The notes beneath the pieces were generated by a model. The model was not told the DNA's origin and made no database searches. It saw only the letters and a program-made list of their open reading frames with translations. Below, in pieces: positions 17,620-27,187 of a stretch of 57,747 nucleotides of DNA. Source of the stretch: a virus (Duplodnaviria; Caudoviricetes); IMG/VR virus record IMGVR_UViG_3300044646_000955, positions 1 to 57,747 of that record. One strand, given 5' to 3'. The position numbers and the translations under genes were made by a program. How positions within the stretch are numbered: the first letter of the stretch is position 1; every line of letters starts with the position of its first letter.

Positions 17620-18516
17620 TCATTCCGCCAGTTTGAGAAACTCATTGCGAGCTTCCAGGTTGGTCCTTAGAACGCCAGTCATGCGGGAGGTAACCATCTC
17701 TGCCGCTTTGCCGATTCCCCGCAAAGACATGCACGTATGATTAGCCTTGATTACAACGCCCACGCCAATAACGTCCAGATGGTCCTCTATCGCCTTAGCG
17801 ATCTGATCGGTTAGGCGCTCCTGCACTTGAAGGCGTCGGGCGTAGGCCTCCACGAGACGAGCGAGCTTCGAGAGTCCGACTACCTTGCCGTCGGGGGCTG
17901 GGACGTACCCCACGGTAGCGGTGCCGATGAACGGCAGCATATGATGCTCGCACAGGCTCGCGAACGGGACGCTACGCAGCACGATCATCTGATCGTGCCC
18001 AACCTCGAACGTCGTGCCGAGGATGCTTGCCGGGTCACGTTCGTAGCCAGACGTAAGCTCCCTTAGAGCCTTGATCACGCGCTTGGGCGTGTCGCGCAAT
18101 CCATCACGAGTTGGGTCCTCCCCGATGTGCTGGATGAGCCGCAGAACTGCGTCCGTGGGGTCACCGTCGTTCTTCTCCCACGGAAACGTCAGCCACCCAT
18201 CGACAAGGGTGGCGTTAGGGGCGAAACCGGCAGGAGCGATCGGCTTCCGGTACAGGGCGTCACAGTGGAAGCCTCGCATCACGTAACGGTTCATGGTGGT
18301 GCCGGTGTCTACGAGATCGTCAACGACGAGCGTCCTGCCCGGCTCTGGCGTGTCGGCAAGGGGAAGGCCAAGGCGTTCAGCGACCAGCACAGCAACGGGA
18401 GCGCCCCCCGTTGGGATCCCGTAGACGCTAGACAGAGCGCTACCGGCGTTGCGTTCCGCCACTCGGTGCGCCTCGTGCTGGATGTCTGCCCAGGAGAGCC
18501 TAATAACGGTGGTCAC
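17620..18516 (-). CDS. folE: Phosphoribosyltransferase-GTP cyclohydrolase I fusion
   Basis: N-terminal [15 protein letters not shown]-binding motif and FPWE; C-terminal [38 protein letters not shown]. Confidence 0.9.
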   Translation of the reverse strand: MTTVIRLSWADIQHEAHRVAERNAGSALSSVYGIPTGGAPVAVLVAERLGLPLADTPEPGRTLVVDDLVDTGTTMNRYVMRGFHCDALYRKPIAPAGFAPNATLVDGWLTFPWEKNDGDPTDAVLRLIQHIGEDPTRDGLRDTPKRVIKALRELTSGYERDPASILGTTFEVGHDQMIVLRSVPFASLCEHHMLPFIGTATVGYVPAPDGKVVGLSKLARLVEAYARRLQVQERLTDQIAKAIEDHLDVIGVGVVIKANHTCMSLRGIGKAAEMVTSRMTGVLRTNLEARNEFLKLAE

Positions 18517-19271
18517 TAGATTCCTCGTTGATCGTTGAAAGTAAGGGCGTGTAGGCGCACGCAGAGATTCCACCCACGACGGGCGCAGAGCATGAACAGG
18601 TCCGGGAGTGCGGCAAGGATTGAGGAGCGCGTTGTGCCTTGCGGCATCAACCAAACGCGTTCGGGTGGGCAAGCGGCAAGGTCAACAACCTTGTGAACCT
18701 CATCGAGATCGTGTTCCGACTCCACCACGAACTTCAATGATGCCCCGTACTCGACCAACCGACGGAGCACGTCGGGGCGGATGCGACGATCGTAAGGGAT
18801 CCCGGAGTTGGCAAGCTTCGGGGAGCAGTTGATCTGCGGTGGATCATCCCGGAGCGCCTCGGGAAGATCCAGGGTGCCGTTAGTCTCAACCTCAACGTGC
18901 CAGCCCGAGCTTCGCAAGGCGCCCACAAGGGAGGCAAAGGCGTTGGCCTGGACCATCGGCTCGCCTCCGGTAACGATGACCCTACGAACCTCTTGTGGGG
19001 CGTCTCGGTGTAGGCGGTTGAGGATCTCGTCAACTGCGACTCTTGACAGTTCCTTGGTGCGGTCATAAGCGACGCCGTTCTTACCACTCCAGTCCCACGT
19101 ATAAGGAGTGTCGCACCACGAGCAGTCAAGGTTGCAAAGACCGAGGCGCACAAACATCGCCGGGCGACCCGCCGACGGGCCTTCGCCTTGAATCGTTGGT
19201 CCGAACACTTCACTGACAGAAAGCCAGGTCGAGGTCGGCGCAGGGGTTAGCGGTAGACGGTCGCCGTGCAT
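18516..19271 (-). CDS. queE: 7-carboxy-7-deazaguanine synthase (radical SAM); start uncertain
   Basis: [30 protein letters not shown]. Confidence 0.92.
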   Translation of the reverse strand: MHGDRLPLTPAPTSTWLSVSEVFGPTIQGEGPSAGRPAMFVRLGLCNLDCSWCDTPYTWDWSGKNGVAYDRTKELSRVAVDEILNRLHRDAPQEVRRVIVTGGEPMVQANAFASLVGALRSSGWHVEVETNGTLDLPEALRDDPPQINCSPKLANSGIPYDRRIRPDVLRRLVEYGASLKFVVESEHDLDEVHKVVDLAACPPERVWLMPQGTTRSSILAALPDLFMLCARRGWNLCVRLHALTFNDQRGI

Positions 19272-19663
19272 GAGGCGGTCTCCTCCACGTCAACCCGTAT
19301 GACCGCGAGTGGCGCAAGCAGGATCGCTAGGCGCTCAGCAGCCAGGGCGGCAAGATTCTCGGCGGTCGGCTGAACAGGAAGTACGACGACTCCGGGCAAG
19401 CCGATCATCTGTTCAATGAGTGGATCGTCTTCTCCCAGGAGCAGTCGGTGGTCCCACTCGTCGTGGACCTCGGCGAGCGCGGCCTTGACTCGGGCGAAGT
19501 CGATGACCATGCCGTGCTCTGGGCCGTCGTCGGCGATGATGGGGCCTTCCACTTCAACGGTGACTCGGTAGCGATGACCGTGCAGGTGGCGACACTTCGA
19601 CTCGTGTCGGGCTACTCGATGCCCGGCGTCGATGTCTACGTGCCTACGAACGGTCGCTCTCAT
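19247..19663 (-). CDS. queD: 6-carboxytetrahydropterin synthase
   Basis: AGHR, CRHLHGHRY, GMVIDF, PTAENLA. Confidence 0.92.
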   Translation of the reverse strand: MRATVRRHVDIDAGHRVARHESKCRHLHGHRYRVTVEVEGPIIADDGPEHGMVIDFARVKAALAEVHDEWDHRLLLGEDDPLIEQMIGLPGVVVLPVQPTAENLAALAAERLAILLAPLAVIRVDVEETASCTATVYR

Positions 19664-20355
19664 GCCCCGACCTTCGTTCGCCAGAACTCGGCGTCCACGT
19701 AGTCGGTCGGATCAACAACACCGGCAAGGTGGAACGCTTCTGCTCGCTCTACACACGTCCCGCACCTACCGCAGTGGCGGTCGCCTCCCTTGTAGCAACT
19801 CCACGTCTCAGTCCAGGGGACTCTAAGTCGGTCCCCCTCGCCTGCGATCCACGCCTTATCCCGATGGACGAACGGAGCGATCACGCCTCTGAAGTCCTTG
19901 CCGAACGTCACGTTGCCGATGAGGCAGGCGGCGTTGACGGACGCTACGAACTCCGGTCGGCAGTCGGGGTAGATGAAGTGATCCCCGCCGTGGACTCCAG
20001 TTGCGACGTACTGCGCTCCTTCGGACACGGCGACCGAGCAGGCGATCGACAGCATCATCATGTTCCGGTTCGGGACCACGGTCGCTCGCATCGTCTGCTC
20101 CGCATAGTGGCCGTCCGGCACGTCGAGATCCGAGGTGAGCGAGGACGAGGCGATAAGTTTCGTGATGCTCGATAGGTCGGCGACCGAGTGTCTCGCTCCG
20201 AGGCGCTTCGCGCAGCGAGCCGCGTAGTCAAGTTCCTTGCGGTGCCGTTGCCCGTAGTCGACGGAAAGGAGATGAAGGCCGAAGTCCTGCTCTGCTAGGT
20301 GGTGGGCCAGCGTAACGCTGTCCATACCGCCCGACACGATCGCAACTACTCGCAC
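19660..20355 (-). CDS. queC: 7-cyano-7-deazaguanine synthase
   Basis: SGGMDS, YGQRH, VPNRN, YPDCR, TWSCY, CGRCGTC. Confidence 0.95.
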   Translation of the reverse strand: MRVVAIVSGGMDSVTLAHHLAEQDFGLHLLSVDYGQRHRKELDYAARCAKRLGARHSVADLSSITKLIASSSLTSDLDVPDGHYAEQTMRATVVPNRNMMMLSIACSVAVSEGAQYVATGVHGGDHFIYPDCRPEFVASVNAACLIGNVTFGKDFRGVIAPFVHRDKAWIAGEGDRLRVPWTETWSCYKGGDRHCGRCGTCVERAEAFHLAGVVDPTDYVDAEFWRTKVGA

Positions 20356-20356
20356 G

Positions 20357-21265
20357 TTATGTTTCCTGTCTCTTCGCAACGACATCTACGAGGTTGTCAA
20401 TACTTCCTTCAGCTAGGAAGATATGCGGAACGGAAGCAGCATCGATTCCCTCTTTCGCCGATCCGAGGGCCAGGTAAAGATGAGTGCCATGCGAGCTATC
20501 GGCGCTGCTCGATCGGAGGGTTATCTGCCCGTGGAGATGCCGCAGAAAGCCTTCGTAGTTGATCCACGCCTTTGCCGACATCTTTACCGCAATACGCCTG
20601 TTATAGAGAGAGCGATCGAGAAGCTGTTCCGGCTGCGCGCCATGCTCGCGAATAAGTTGAGCGTGTTGGTAGACGCTAGTGCGATCCCATAGCGTCACGC
20701 CGACGAACTTCTTTGATGCTGCATCCCATAACGCTATATGCCCATAACGAAAGGCTGCCCCCCAGGAGGATGAATCCACTGAGTACCAGGGAAAGTTTCG
20801 GAGGTATTCGTGTCTAGTCTGTCCGAAACCGTGAAACTTCGCATCGTAACGATCCGCGATTCTGAAACAACGCACTAACCACGGCCCGAGGTTTGCCGTT
20901 CGGTATGGGACCATCCCGCCTAGGGCAATATAAGGATATTCCTCGCACAATGCCTCAAGAGTCTTCCATGAGGACCCGACATGAAACACGGGCAAGGGGT
21001 TGAGCCCAAGTCGTTCAAGGCTACGCTGATTACGAGACGTTGCGGCTTCGTCACCGATAACGTCGAGGTTGGAATAAGGTGCCAGCACTCCCCGCCACTT
21101 GCGAATCCACTCTGCGTATTCTTCTAGAATAATTGTTGATCCCTGCGATGCTGCGCTAAAGGCCCCTGAATCACCAAAGACTTTTACGCCGAGAGATGCT
21201 GCCGTAGTGATCTTAGATAGATCGCCCTTACGAAAGTAATGATACGAGGTAAGGAACTTATACAT
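20357..21265 (-). CDS. dpdA: TGT-fold DNA guanine transglycosylase (DpdA-like)
   Basis: DSGAFS, NLDVIG, PVFH, IALGG, HGFG, SVDSSSW; adjacent to que genes. Confidence 0.75.
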   Translation of the reverse strand: MYKFLTSYHYFRKGDLSKITTAASLGVKVFGDSGAFSAASQGSTIILEEYAEWIRKWRGVLAPYSNLDVIGDEAATSRNQRSLERLGLNPLPVFHVGSSWKTLEALCEEYPYIALGGMVPYRTANLGPWLVRCFRIADRYDAKFHGFGQTRHEYLRNFPWYSVDSSSWGAAFRYGHIALWDAASKKFVGVTLWDRTSVYQHAQLIREHGAQPEQLLDRSLYNRRIAVKMSAKAWINYEGFLRHLHGQITLRSSSADSSHGTHLYLALGSAKEGIDAASVPHIFLAEGSIDNLVDVVAKRQET

Positions 21266-21884
21266 CCATGAGACGATCTAGGATGTGGTTTACGAACGCC
21301 TCGTCGTTATCCCCACTCGCATCTCCATCGATGCTCTTTCGATAGTTTGACCAGCGTTGTTCCACTTCGCGACGTACTAGCAACTTGATCACTGCTAGTT
21401 TCTCGCTGGGCATATCTTCATCTGATTCCCCGTAAACGCCAGCAAGAGCATCGAGTGAAGGAACTTCATATCGTTTGATGAGATCCGCTATGAAGCTCTC
21501 TTCGTAACCCGTTGTGTTCAATAGATCCGGGTCCACGGCGACGGTCTGTAGCAACTCGATTAGTTCGATATCGTCGTATCCACCCAGATCGCCCGTGCGG
21601 TTATCAGCCAGCGCGAACGCCTTAGCGGTCAGTTCGTCGTCGTCGGTCCACACTACGGCGATGTGGGACCAGCCGAGCCGCTGCGCCGCCTTGAGCTGAT
21701 GGTTGCCCGCGATGACGGTGCCGTCGCGCTGGGCCACGATGGGCTTCCGCTGCCCGAACCGCTCGTAGCTGCGCTTCACCGCCTCAACGTCACCCCGCCT
21801 CGGATTCCCGGGGAAGGGGCTGAGCAGGTCGAGCGGTGTCGCTAGGGGGCGAAGATCCTCGGCGATGTAACTAAGGTCGCTCAT
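21258..21884 (-). CDS. ParB/Srx-like protein
   Basis: NPRRGD...FGQRKPIV...IAGNHQLKAA...ALADNR. Confidence 0.85.
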   Translation of the reverse strand: MSDLSYIAEDLRPLATPLDLLSPFPGNPRRGDVEAVKRSYERFGQRKPIVAQRDGTVIAGNHQLKAAQRLGWSHIAVVWTDDDELTAKAFALADNRTGDLGGYDDIELIELLQTVAVDPDLLNTTGYEESFIADLIKRYEVPSLDALAGVYGESDEDMPSEKLAVIKLLVRREVEQRWSNYRKSIDGDASGDNDEAFVNHILDRLMDV

Positions 21885-21898
21885 CGTTCGCCAGCTTA

Positions 21899-22084
21899 CT
21901 ACTCGGGTCGCATTGCACAGGCGCAGAACGCGCACCGGCCGTTCGACTGGAGGCTATGTGAGCAGTTCCGATCGGCCGTGCCGGGGGCATGGGTGGGGCA
22001 GTACCAGCGGCCGTCTACGAAGAGCCGCACTGATCGCTCGGACTTGGCTCGGCATCCGCCCTTGACGGCGCATCCGTGGTTCAT
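21899..22084 (-). CDS. Small Cys/His-rich protein
   Basis: ATGA-coupled ORF. Confidence 0.5.
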   Translation of the reverse strand: MNHGCAVKGGCRAKSERSVRLFVDGRWYCPTHAPGTADRNCSHSLQSNGRCAFCACAMRPE

Positions 22085-22704
22085 CGCACGAACCGCTTCG
22101 GGTAGGCGACGAGGGTAAGCCGGTAGCCGTCGAGCCCGAGCGACACCGGGGAGACCCCGTGCCACGTTGTGAGCCCCGGAAAGAAGGCTACGTCTCCGTC
22201 GTCCATCGGGAGCCAGGCGTCAAGCTCGGGGAGGTGGAGGTGCCCGCCGATGGCGTCTCGGCGCATGGCGAGGACTGCCGTCCAGCCCGGGGCGTTGGAG
22301 GTGTCCCGGTGGTAGTTGAGCGTCACGTCCCGATTCGCCACGAAGCCCGTCCAGCCCGTGCCCGGCATGAGCTTGGGGCGGGTAGCGGGGTGTGTCGTCT
22401 CGATCGTTGCGCGAGCCTCGTCCGGCAGCATGCGCGAGAACCGGGCCCATGCCTCGGCTACGTAGGCGCGTAGGGCCTCCCCCCTTGCGCCTCCGGCGTC
22501 GATGATCTCCCGACCGTGCTCCCATCTCTCCCGGCCGTTGCGCCCGCCTTGGGCGATCAAGGGGGCTAGAGCGGCGGCATGCCGTGCGAACCCCCCGAGA
22601 TAGGCGGCGCAGGGCCTGCCGCCCGCATCCCGTAGAATGTCGTCAGGGATCACGAACTGGTCGGCAGCGACCGGCGGGAGGACTCTTGTCCTGCCCTGGA
22701 TCAC
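22081..22704 (-). CDS. TET/JBP-like 2OG-Fe(II) dioxygenase
   Basis: YHRD (HxD), GGHLHLPE, DGDVAFF, WHGVSP, R.TLVAY. Confidence 0.8.
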   Translation of the reverse strand: MIQGRTRVLPPVAADQFVIPDDILRDAGGRPCAAYLGGFARHAAALAPLIAQGGRNGRERWEHGREIIDAGGARGEALRAYVAEAWARFSRMLPDEARATIETTHPATRPKLMPGTGWTGFVANRDVTLNYHRDTSNAPGWTAVLAMRRDAIGGHLHLPELDAWLPMDDGDVAFFPGLTTWHGVSPVSLGLDGYRLTLVAYPKRFVR

Positions 22705-23240
22705 GAGTCCCCCTCGAGCGTGAAGACCGCCCAGCCGAGGGCGTCGGATACGTCGATGAGACTCAAGTCGTCGCGCTCGGCCTTGGTCGCTTGCACGAGG
22801 AGTTTCTTGGGCCCGGCGAAGAGCTTCGCGTCCACGCCTATCTGCCGCCATCGCTGCGTCCCGTCGTCGTCAAGGAAGGGCTCAACGAGGAGGGACGCTA
22901 GAACCATGCGCTTGCAGTCCAAGGCTACGGCCTGGATGCCCGTGCGGATTCGCGGGTCCTCCTCGGCTAGCGCTTCGAGCGCTTGAGTCCGATCTAGATG
23001 CGCCGCGCTGAACCACACCTCGTCACACCTTCCGATGAAGGCAGGCGCTGCGGAGTGGACCATCGCCGAGAGGATCCTCTGCTTCGCCGGTTCACTCGCC
23101 TCGCTCTTGGCGGTCAGCGGCTCGGCGACCAGGCTCGCTCCGCTAGGGGCGACTGCCCACAGCTTCGGCTTGAGGGTGCCAAAGATCTCGTAGCAGTCCA
23201 TCGCCGCTTGAGCGTGGCTGATGAGAACGTCGGTGATCAC
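22701..23240 (-). CDS. Hypothetical protein
   Basis: GTGA-coupled at both ends. Confidence 0.6.
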   Translation of the reverse strand: MITDVLISHAQAAMDCYEIFGTLKPKLWAVAPSGASLVAEPLTAKSEASEPAKQRILSAMVHSAAPAFIGRCDEVWFSAAHLDRTQALEALAEEDPRIRTGIQAVALDCKRMVLASLLVEPFLDDDGTQRWRQIGVDAKLFAGPKKLLVQATKAERDDLSLIDVSDALGWAVFTLEGDS

Positions 23241-23431
23241 TCTGGCACCGGGTACACGTCGCGCACGTCCACTGACAGATAGCGCCCGTTCGCAAGGAGA
23301 ACGCGGGCCTTGCCGTTGCGCTTCCTCATCCCGGCGCCCGGCCATGAGACCAGGGTAGCGAACCGACCGTCATAGAGTTGCACTCGGCCCCTACTGGCTG
23401 CGTGCTGAATCATCGCTGTGGTGGTGTTCAT
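23237..23431 (-). CDS. Leaderless small protein
   Basis: Variant promoter TTGACA-TCCCGTTCCGAGATGGTG-TACCAT at 23432-23468. Confidence 0.65.
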   Translation of the reverse strand: MNTTTAMIQHAASRGRVQLYDGRFATLVSWPGAGMRKRNGKARVLLANGRYLSVDVRDVYPVPE

Positions 23432-23753
23432 CGTCGCTATGGTACACCATCTCGGAACGGGATGTCAACAACTGCGCTACCGCTTCGGGGGCGTCGCGCC
23501 GGGCCCGGTCCCGCCGGATGATTACATCTACGGCTGAGCGCGTAAGCGGTTCGGCGCCGAGCACGGACCGGACGTAGTTGAGCCGATGGAAGGCTGCCGC
23601 CTTGGTTAGAACCCCTTCGGCGTGAAGGTCAACGATGAGGGCGTTGCGGCGCTCTAGCGCTCGCTGCCCCTCGATGACTGCCCGCTCAAGCAGTTCTAGC
23701 TGCACCTCGTGAGGCTTGACGGCGGCGCTGGTGATGATCTTGGGGCGAGCCAT
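23391..23753 (-). CDS. Hypothetical protein, possibly DNA-binding
   Basis: ORF in operon order. Confidence 0.5.
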   Translation of the reverse strand: MARPKIITSAAVKPHEVQLELLERAVIEGQRALERRNALIVDLHAEGVLTKAAAFHRLNYVRSVLGAEPLTRSAVDVIIRRDRARRDAPEAVAQLLTSRSEMVYHSDDEHHHSDDSARSQ

Positions 23754-23754
23754 C

Positions 23755-24135
23755 TCAGAAGGATCCCACTTGGTAACGGACGTTGGCGGCAAGGGAGCGC
23801 AGGGCGTCGAGCCTTGCGCGAAGGGAGAGCAGGAGTTCCTTAGTGGCGTTGCGGCGCGCCTCGGCGAGCTTCCACGCGCGGAAGTCATCGGTGGCGATGA
23901 CCTCCGCTCGAGCTTGCTTCTCGGCCGAGGTGAGCTTCATGGATTGATTCGCCGACATGCCCACGACGGCCCGGGCGAAGGTCGCCTTGAAGTCCGCCTC
24001 AGCGGTGGCGGCTGCCGAGGCGAGATCGGCGTAGAAGTGCGTCTGGATCTCTAGCTCCTTCGACACTGCTGCTAGGTCGGCCTCGATCTCCGCCTGCGAC
24101 AGGACGCGGATGGGGCCGTTTCGGTTGCTGCTCAT
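23755..24135 (-). CDS. Coiled-coil hypothetical protein
   Basis: GAAAG RBS, ATGA coupling. Confidence 0.6.
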   Translation of the reverse strand: MSSNRNGPIRVLSQAEIEADLAAVSKELEIQTHFYADLASAAATAEADFKATFARAVVGMSANQSMKLTSAEKQARAEVIATDDFRAWKLAEARRNATKELLLSLRARLDALRSLAANVRYQVGSF

Positions 24136-24461
24136 GGGTGGCGTTCTTTCGGTCGGGCGGATCGGAGCAAGCCGAGAAGTGTCGCCTGCTGCGGGTGGTC
24201 GTGGACCCATCGGTGATGGGCCCGGCAAAGGGACGCGAGGTTGTCGGCCGTGTCCGCCCCTCCCCTGCCTCGTGGCTGGAGATGGTGCGGGTCGATCCGG
24301 CCAAAGCAGGCGACCTCCGGTACCGTCGAGCGCGCTAGGCAACCTCCGTCTCGGGCCAGGACGGCTTCATACAGGCTCGACGCGACGGGGCGGGGTTGGG
24401 GCGCCTTCATGGGGGCCTTGGCCTTGAGCGGTGTTCGCCGGGCCAGCGGGGTTCGCCTCAC
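24132..24461 (-). CDS. HNH endonuclease
   Basis: RDGGC...DPHH..PR..GG....NLASLCRAHH. Confidence 0.85.
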   Translation of the reverse strand: MRRTPLARRTPLKAKAPMKAPQPRPVASSLYEAVLARDGGCLARSTVPEVACFGRIDPHHLQPRGRGGADTADNLASLCRAHHRWVHDHPQQATLLGLLRSARPKERHP

Positions 24462-24835
24462 GCCTTGCCCACCCATCGCTCGAACGCTTCGTAGTCCGGG
24501 CGGCGCCCTCGGCGGATGCGCTCGTCAGCGTACGCCTGGCGCGCTATGGCGATGCCGTCGTCGTAGGGGACCTTCGCGGGGGCCGGGCCGATGCCTGCCC
24601 GCTCAAGGTTGCGGCGCTCTACCTCTCGGCGGTACTCGGCGACGATGACTCCGATGGGCGGGCGTGCCGTCTTGGTCCACTCCCGGACGATCCTCCGAAC
24701 GGCTACCTCGGCGGCGGCGGCGTCGTCCATCTCTCGCGCCATCTCGTGCGCGTAGGTCTCAACGTGGACGTCGGTCCATCCATGGCCCGTTGCGGCAAGG
24801 ATGGTGACGAGGCGGGCGGCGTCAGAAAGCTTCAT
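24458..24835 (-). CDS. Possible helicase loader/inhibitor (G39P-like)
   Basis: Follows initiator; weak pattern similarity only. Confidence 0.45.
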   Translation of the reverse strand: MKLSDAARLVTILAATGHGWTDVHVETYAHEMAREMDDAAAAEVAVRRIVREWTKTARPPIGVIVAEYRREVERRNLERAGIGPAPAKVPYDDGIAIARQAYADERIRRGRRPDYEAFERWVGKA

Positions 24836-25685
24836 CGTCGTCGTCCTCCTGGTAGGTCGGGAGCGCCAACATCGGGCGAGCTACGGCTTCCTCGGCTCTT
24901 GCCCGCTCGTAGAGCGCAGCGGCGCTCCGGACGGCGCTCGGGACGGCCTTGGCGTCCATCGAGTGCTCGGCGGTCATGTCGTCCTCCCATCGCCTTTGAT
25001 TGAGCCACGTCACTGCATGCGGGATGAACTGCGACTCCGTTCGTAGTCTACCCCACCTCTGGGCATGAAGTCGTATCGCTTCGCCCGCAGCCGCCCGTTC
25101 TTGGTCGGTCATCCGGGCCCAGCGTTTAGCCGCCGCCGCCTTGCCGATCTTGCGCGGGTAGACCCGCCAGAAGTCCTCGAACCCATCGGGCTCCTCGGTT
25201 CTCGCTAGCGCCACGGAGGGGGTGGGGGCAGATTCGCTCACGGCAACGTGAGCAAGAGAGTGTTTTTCTTCTTCTTCAATAACTGGTTCTACTTCCCCTC
25301 GCGAATCTGCGGGGAGGGGGTCCTCGCGTTCTTGCGAGGAGGTGGGCGTAGATTCCGGGTTGACGTATCGCAGCCGGTAGGCGTTGCTGCTCCGGTCCCC
25401 ATCCGCCGCGTAGCGGGGGATCACGGTCACGGCGCCCACCGACTCAAGGGCTCGAAGACCACGACGCACCGAGTCGGCAGACAAGCCGGTGAGCGCCCCG
25501 ATCGCCTTTACGCTCGGCCAGCACTCGCCGTCGCGGCCGACCCAATGGTGGAGAGCCACGAAGATGACAAGGCCCGTGCCGCCGTTCGGGATGGCGGTAA
25601 GGCGGCGCATGACCCATAGCGGGACCATCGCCCACCGACCGATGTCAGTTGTTACTGCGTTCGCGGACGTGCTAGCTTCGTTCAC
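24822..25685 (-). CDS. Replication initiator (N-terminal winged HTH)
   Basis: CWPSVKAI...VRRGLRALESVG, SNAYRL, FEDFWRVYPRKIGK, TWLNQRRWED. Confidence 0.85.
   Translation of the reverse strand: MNEASTSANAVTTDIGRWAMVPLWVMRRLTAIPNGGTGLVIFVALHHWVGRDGECWPSVKAIGALTGLSADSVRRGLRALESVGAVTVIPRYAADGDRSSNAYRLRYVNPESTPTSSQEREDPLPADSRGEVEPVIEEEEKHSLAHVAVSESAPTPSVALARTEEPDGFEDFWRVYPRKIGKAAAAKRWARMTDQERAAAGEAIRLHAQRWGRLRTESQFIPHAVTWLNQRRWEDDMTAEHSMDAKAVPSAVRSAAALYERARAEEAVARPMLALPTYQEDDDDEAF
25255..25345. repeat. Putative replication origin inside initiator gene
   Basis: A/T-rich tract plus CCTCGCGAATCTGCGGGGA, which recurs at 49742-49760 and 15156-15172. Confidence 0.5.
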
Positions 25686-25789
25686 GACAGCTCCTTCCCG
25701 TGGTTGTCACTCGCCGAGTTCCACCGCTCGGCCCCCCCCGGCGGCAGTCCCGAGCGGCCTCCGACACGGCTGCTCGGGACTCCCCGGCA

Positions 25790-26479
25790 TCAGTTTGCGA
25801 GAGCCTCAAGGGTTTCGATGCGCTCGCGCATCCAGAACAAGGCGGGCTCGTGGAGGTCCGGCGCCATCGCGGAGAGCGGCTCCCCCCACTCCTCTACGAA
25901 CTCCGCCTTGAGGCGTGCCGCCATGTCCCCCGACTGGCTGCCGATGAGGCGCCGGATCTCGGCCTCTGCGTCGGTCCTGGGGGTGGCGGGCGCCGTCTTG
26001 ACGGGCGGCATGGGCTCCGCCCCTCGAGCGGCGGCCTTGCGGGGCGCAGGACGCTTCGGGGCCGCCTCCTGCCCGTCGTCGTCCTCCGTGGCAACGCCGA
26101 GAGCGGCAAGGAGGGCGTAGCGTCGACCGTAGGAGATCGCCGATCCGATGGACTGAGGTGTCCCCTCGGCCCGGAACCGGATCGGCCGGTGCGTGACGAA
26201 CTGCCCGGACTCGTGCATGACGGTCGTCCAGACTCGCACGAACCCGTCGTCACTCACCTCTGCCGTCTGGGTGACGGCGAGACCGTTGGCGGCGAGGACG
26301 GGGCGCACGTTGGCGATCACGTCGGAAAGGGTCGCGTAGCTGTAGATGTAGCTGCCGCCTCCCTTCGTCTCCACCTTCGCCGTGGCCTGCCTAGCCACAT
26401 CCGTGAGGGACCCGAGGGCCCGCACGAGGGCCGGGGCCAACTTCTCGATCCCTTCGGACCGGTCGGCGTACATGCTCAT
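25790..26479 (-). CDS. erf: ERF-family single-strand annealing protein
   Basis: YSYATL, GLAVTQ, HESGQF, PQSIGSAISYGRRYAL, EDDDG. Confidence 0.92.
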   Translation of the reverse strand: MSMYADRSEGIEKLAPALVRALGSLTDVARQATAKVETKGGGSYIYSYATLSDVIANVRPVLAANGLAVTQTAEVSDDGFVRVWTTVMHESGQFVTHRPIRFRAEGTPQSIGSAISYGRRYALLAALGVATEDDDGQEAAPKRPAPRKAAARGAEPMPPVKTAPATPRTDAEAEIRRLIGSQSGDMAARLKAEFVEEWGEPLSAMAPDLHEPALFWMRERIETLEALAN

Positions 26480-27081
26480 CTCCATTCCTTTCGTGTGGTG
26501 TTGTCGATCACCTTGAGCGAAGGCGTCCGAACGGGGTGCCCGTCGTCGTCGCTCAAGACTGCGCAGTGGGCATCGGGGTTGATCCCTAGCTCCCGGACCG
26601 CCGTTAGTTTCCACTCCGGCCGCATCCACCGAAGCATCGCCTCGGCGCTCTCCCGTGAGTTTAGTACGACTCCGGTTGACGTGTCAAGCGCACGAAGGTC
26701 GGAGCGCTCGAAGCACTCGGTCAGCAGGTCGTCAGACCGCCAGCCGGTGCGCTTGGTCTCGGTGGTCGCCTCCACGGTGACCACGCCGGTGATCGTGAGT
26801 CGCCGGACCCGCTGCTCGTGAAGGGCGAGGGCGGCCCGCCGCTTCACGTCATCCCGCACTGCTCGCACCCCGGCGGCGATGGTCTCTAGGCTCGCGAGGG
26901 CGTTGACGAGGGCGAGCGGATCGGAGGCGTGAACCTCCACCTGATCCTCGATCGCCGCGAACAGATCCCGGAGTGCCCCCAGAAGCGAGGATCCCTGGTC
27001 CGCGAGCGGAACCTCCACGTCCTTCCTGCCGCGCCCGACCGGCGTAATGCGGGCCTCCTGAATCGGCACTAGCTCCGTCAT
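26476..27081 (-). CDS. Hypothetical protein
   Basis: Class-1 promoter at 27123-27150 with short leader and RBS. Confidence 0.7.
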   Translation of the reverse strand: MTELVPIQEARITPVGRGRKDVEVPLADQGSSLLGALRDLFAAIEDQVEVHASDPLALVNALASLETIAAGVRAVRDDVKRRAALALHEQRVRRLTITGVVTVEATTETKRTGWRSDDLLTECFERSDLRALDTSTGVVLNSRESAEAMLRWMRPEWKLTAVRELGINPDAHCAVLSDDDGHPVRTPSLKVIDNTTRKEWR

Positions 27082-27141
27082 AGCTTGCCTTCCCTTCGTT
27101 GGTGTTCTTGCTGCGCCCCCCCATAATACACGATTCCGGAA

Positions 27142-27186
27142 CACTGTCAAGCCCCCGGGAGGGCGTCTCCCGGGGGCTTGACAGTG
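27142..27186. terminator. Perfect 20-bp inverted repeat
   Basis: CACTGTCAAGCCCCCGGGAG-GGCGT-CTCCCGGGGGCTTGACAGTG. Confidence 0.75.
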
Positions 27187-27187
27187 C

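Noticed and set aside
17620-21265. tRNA queuosine biosynthesis as an auxiliary metabolic pathway
   Set aside because: No QueF, QueA or QueG and no tRNAs; linkage to ParB and terminase fits DNA modification better
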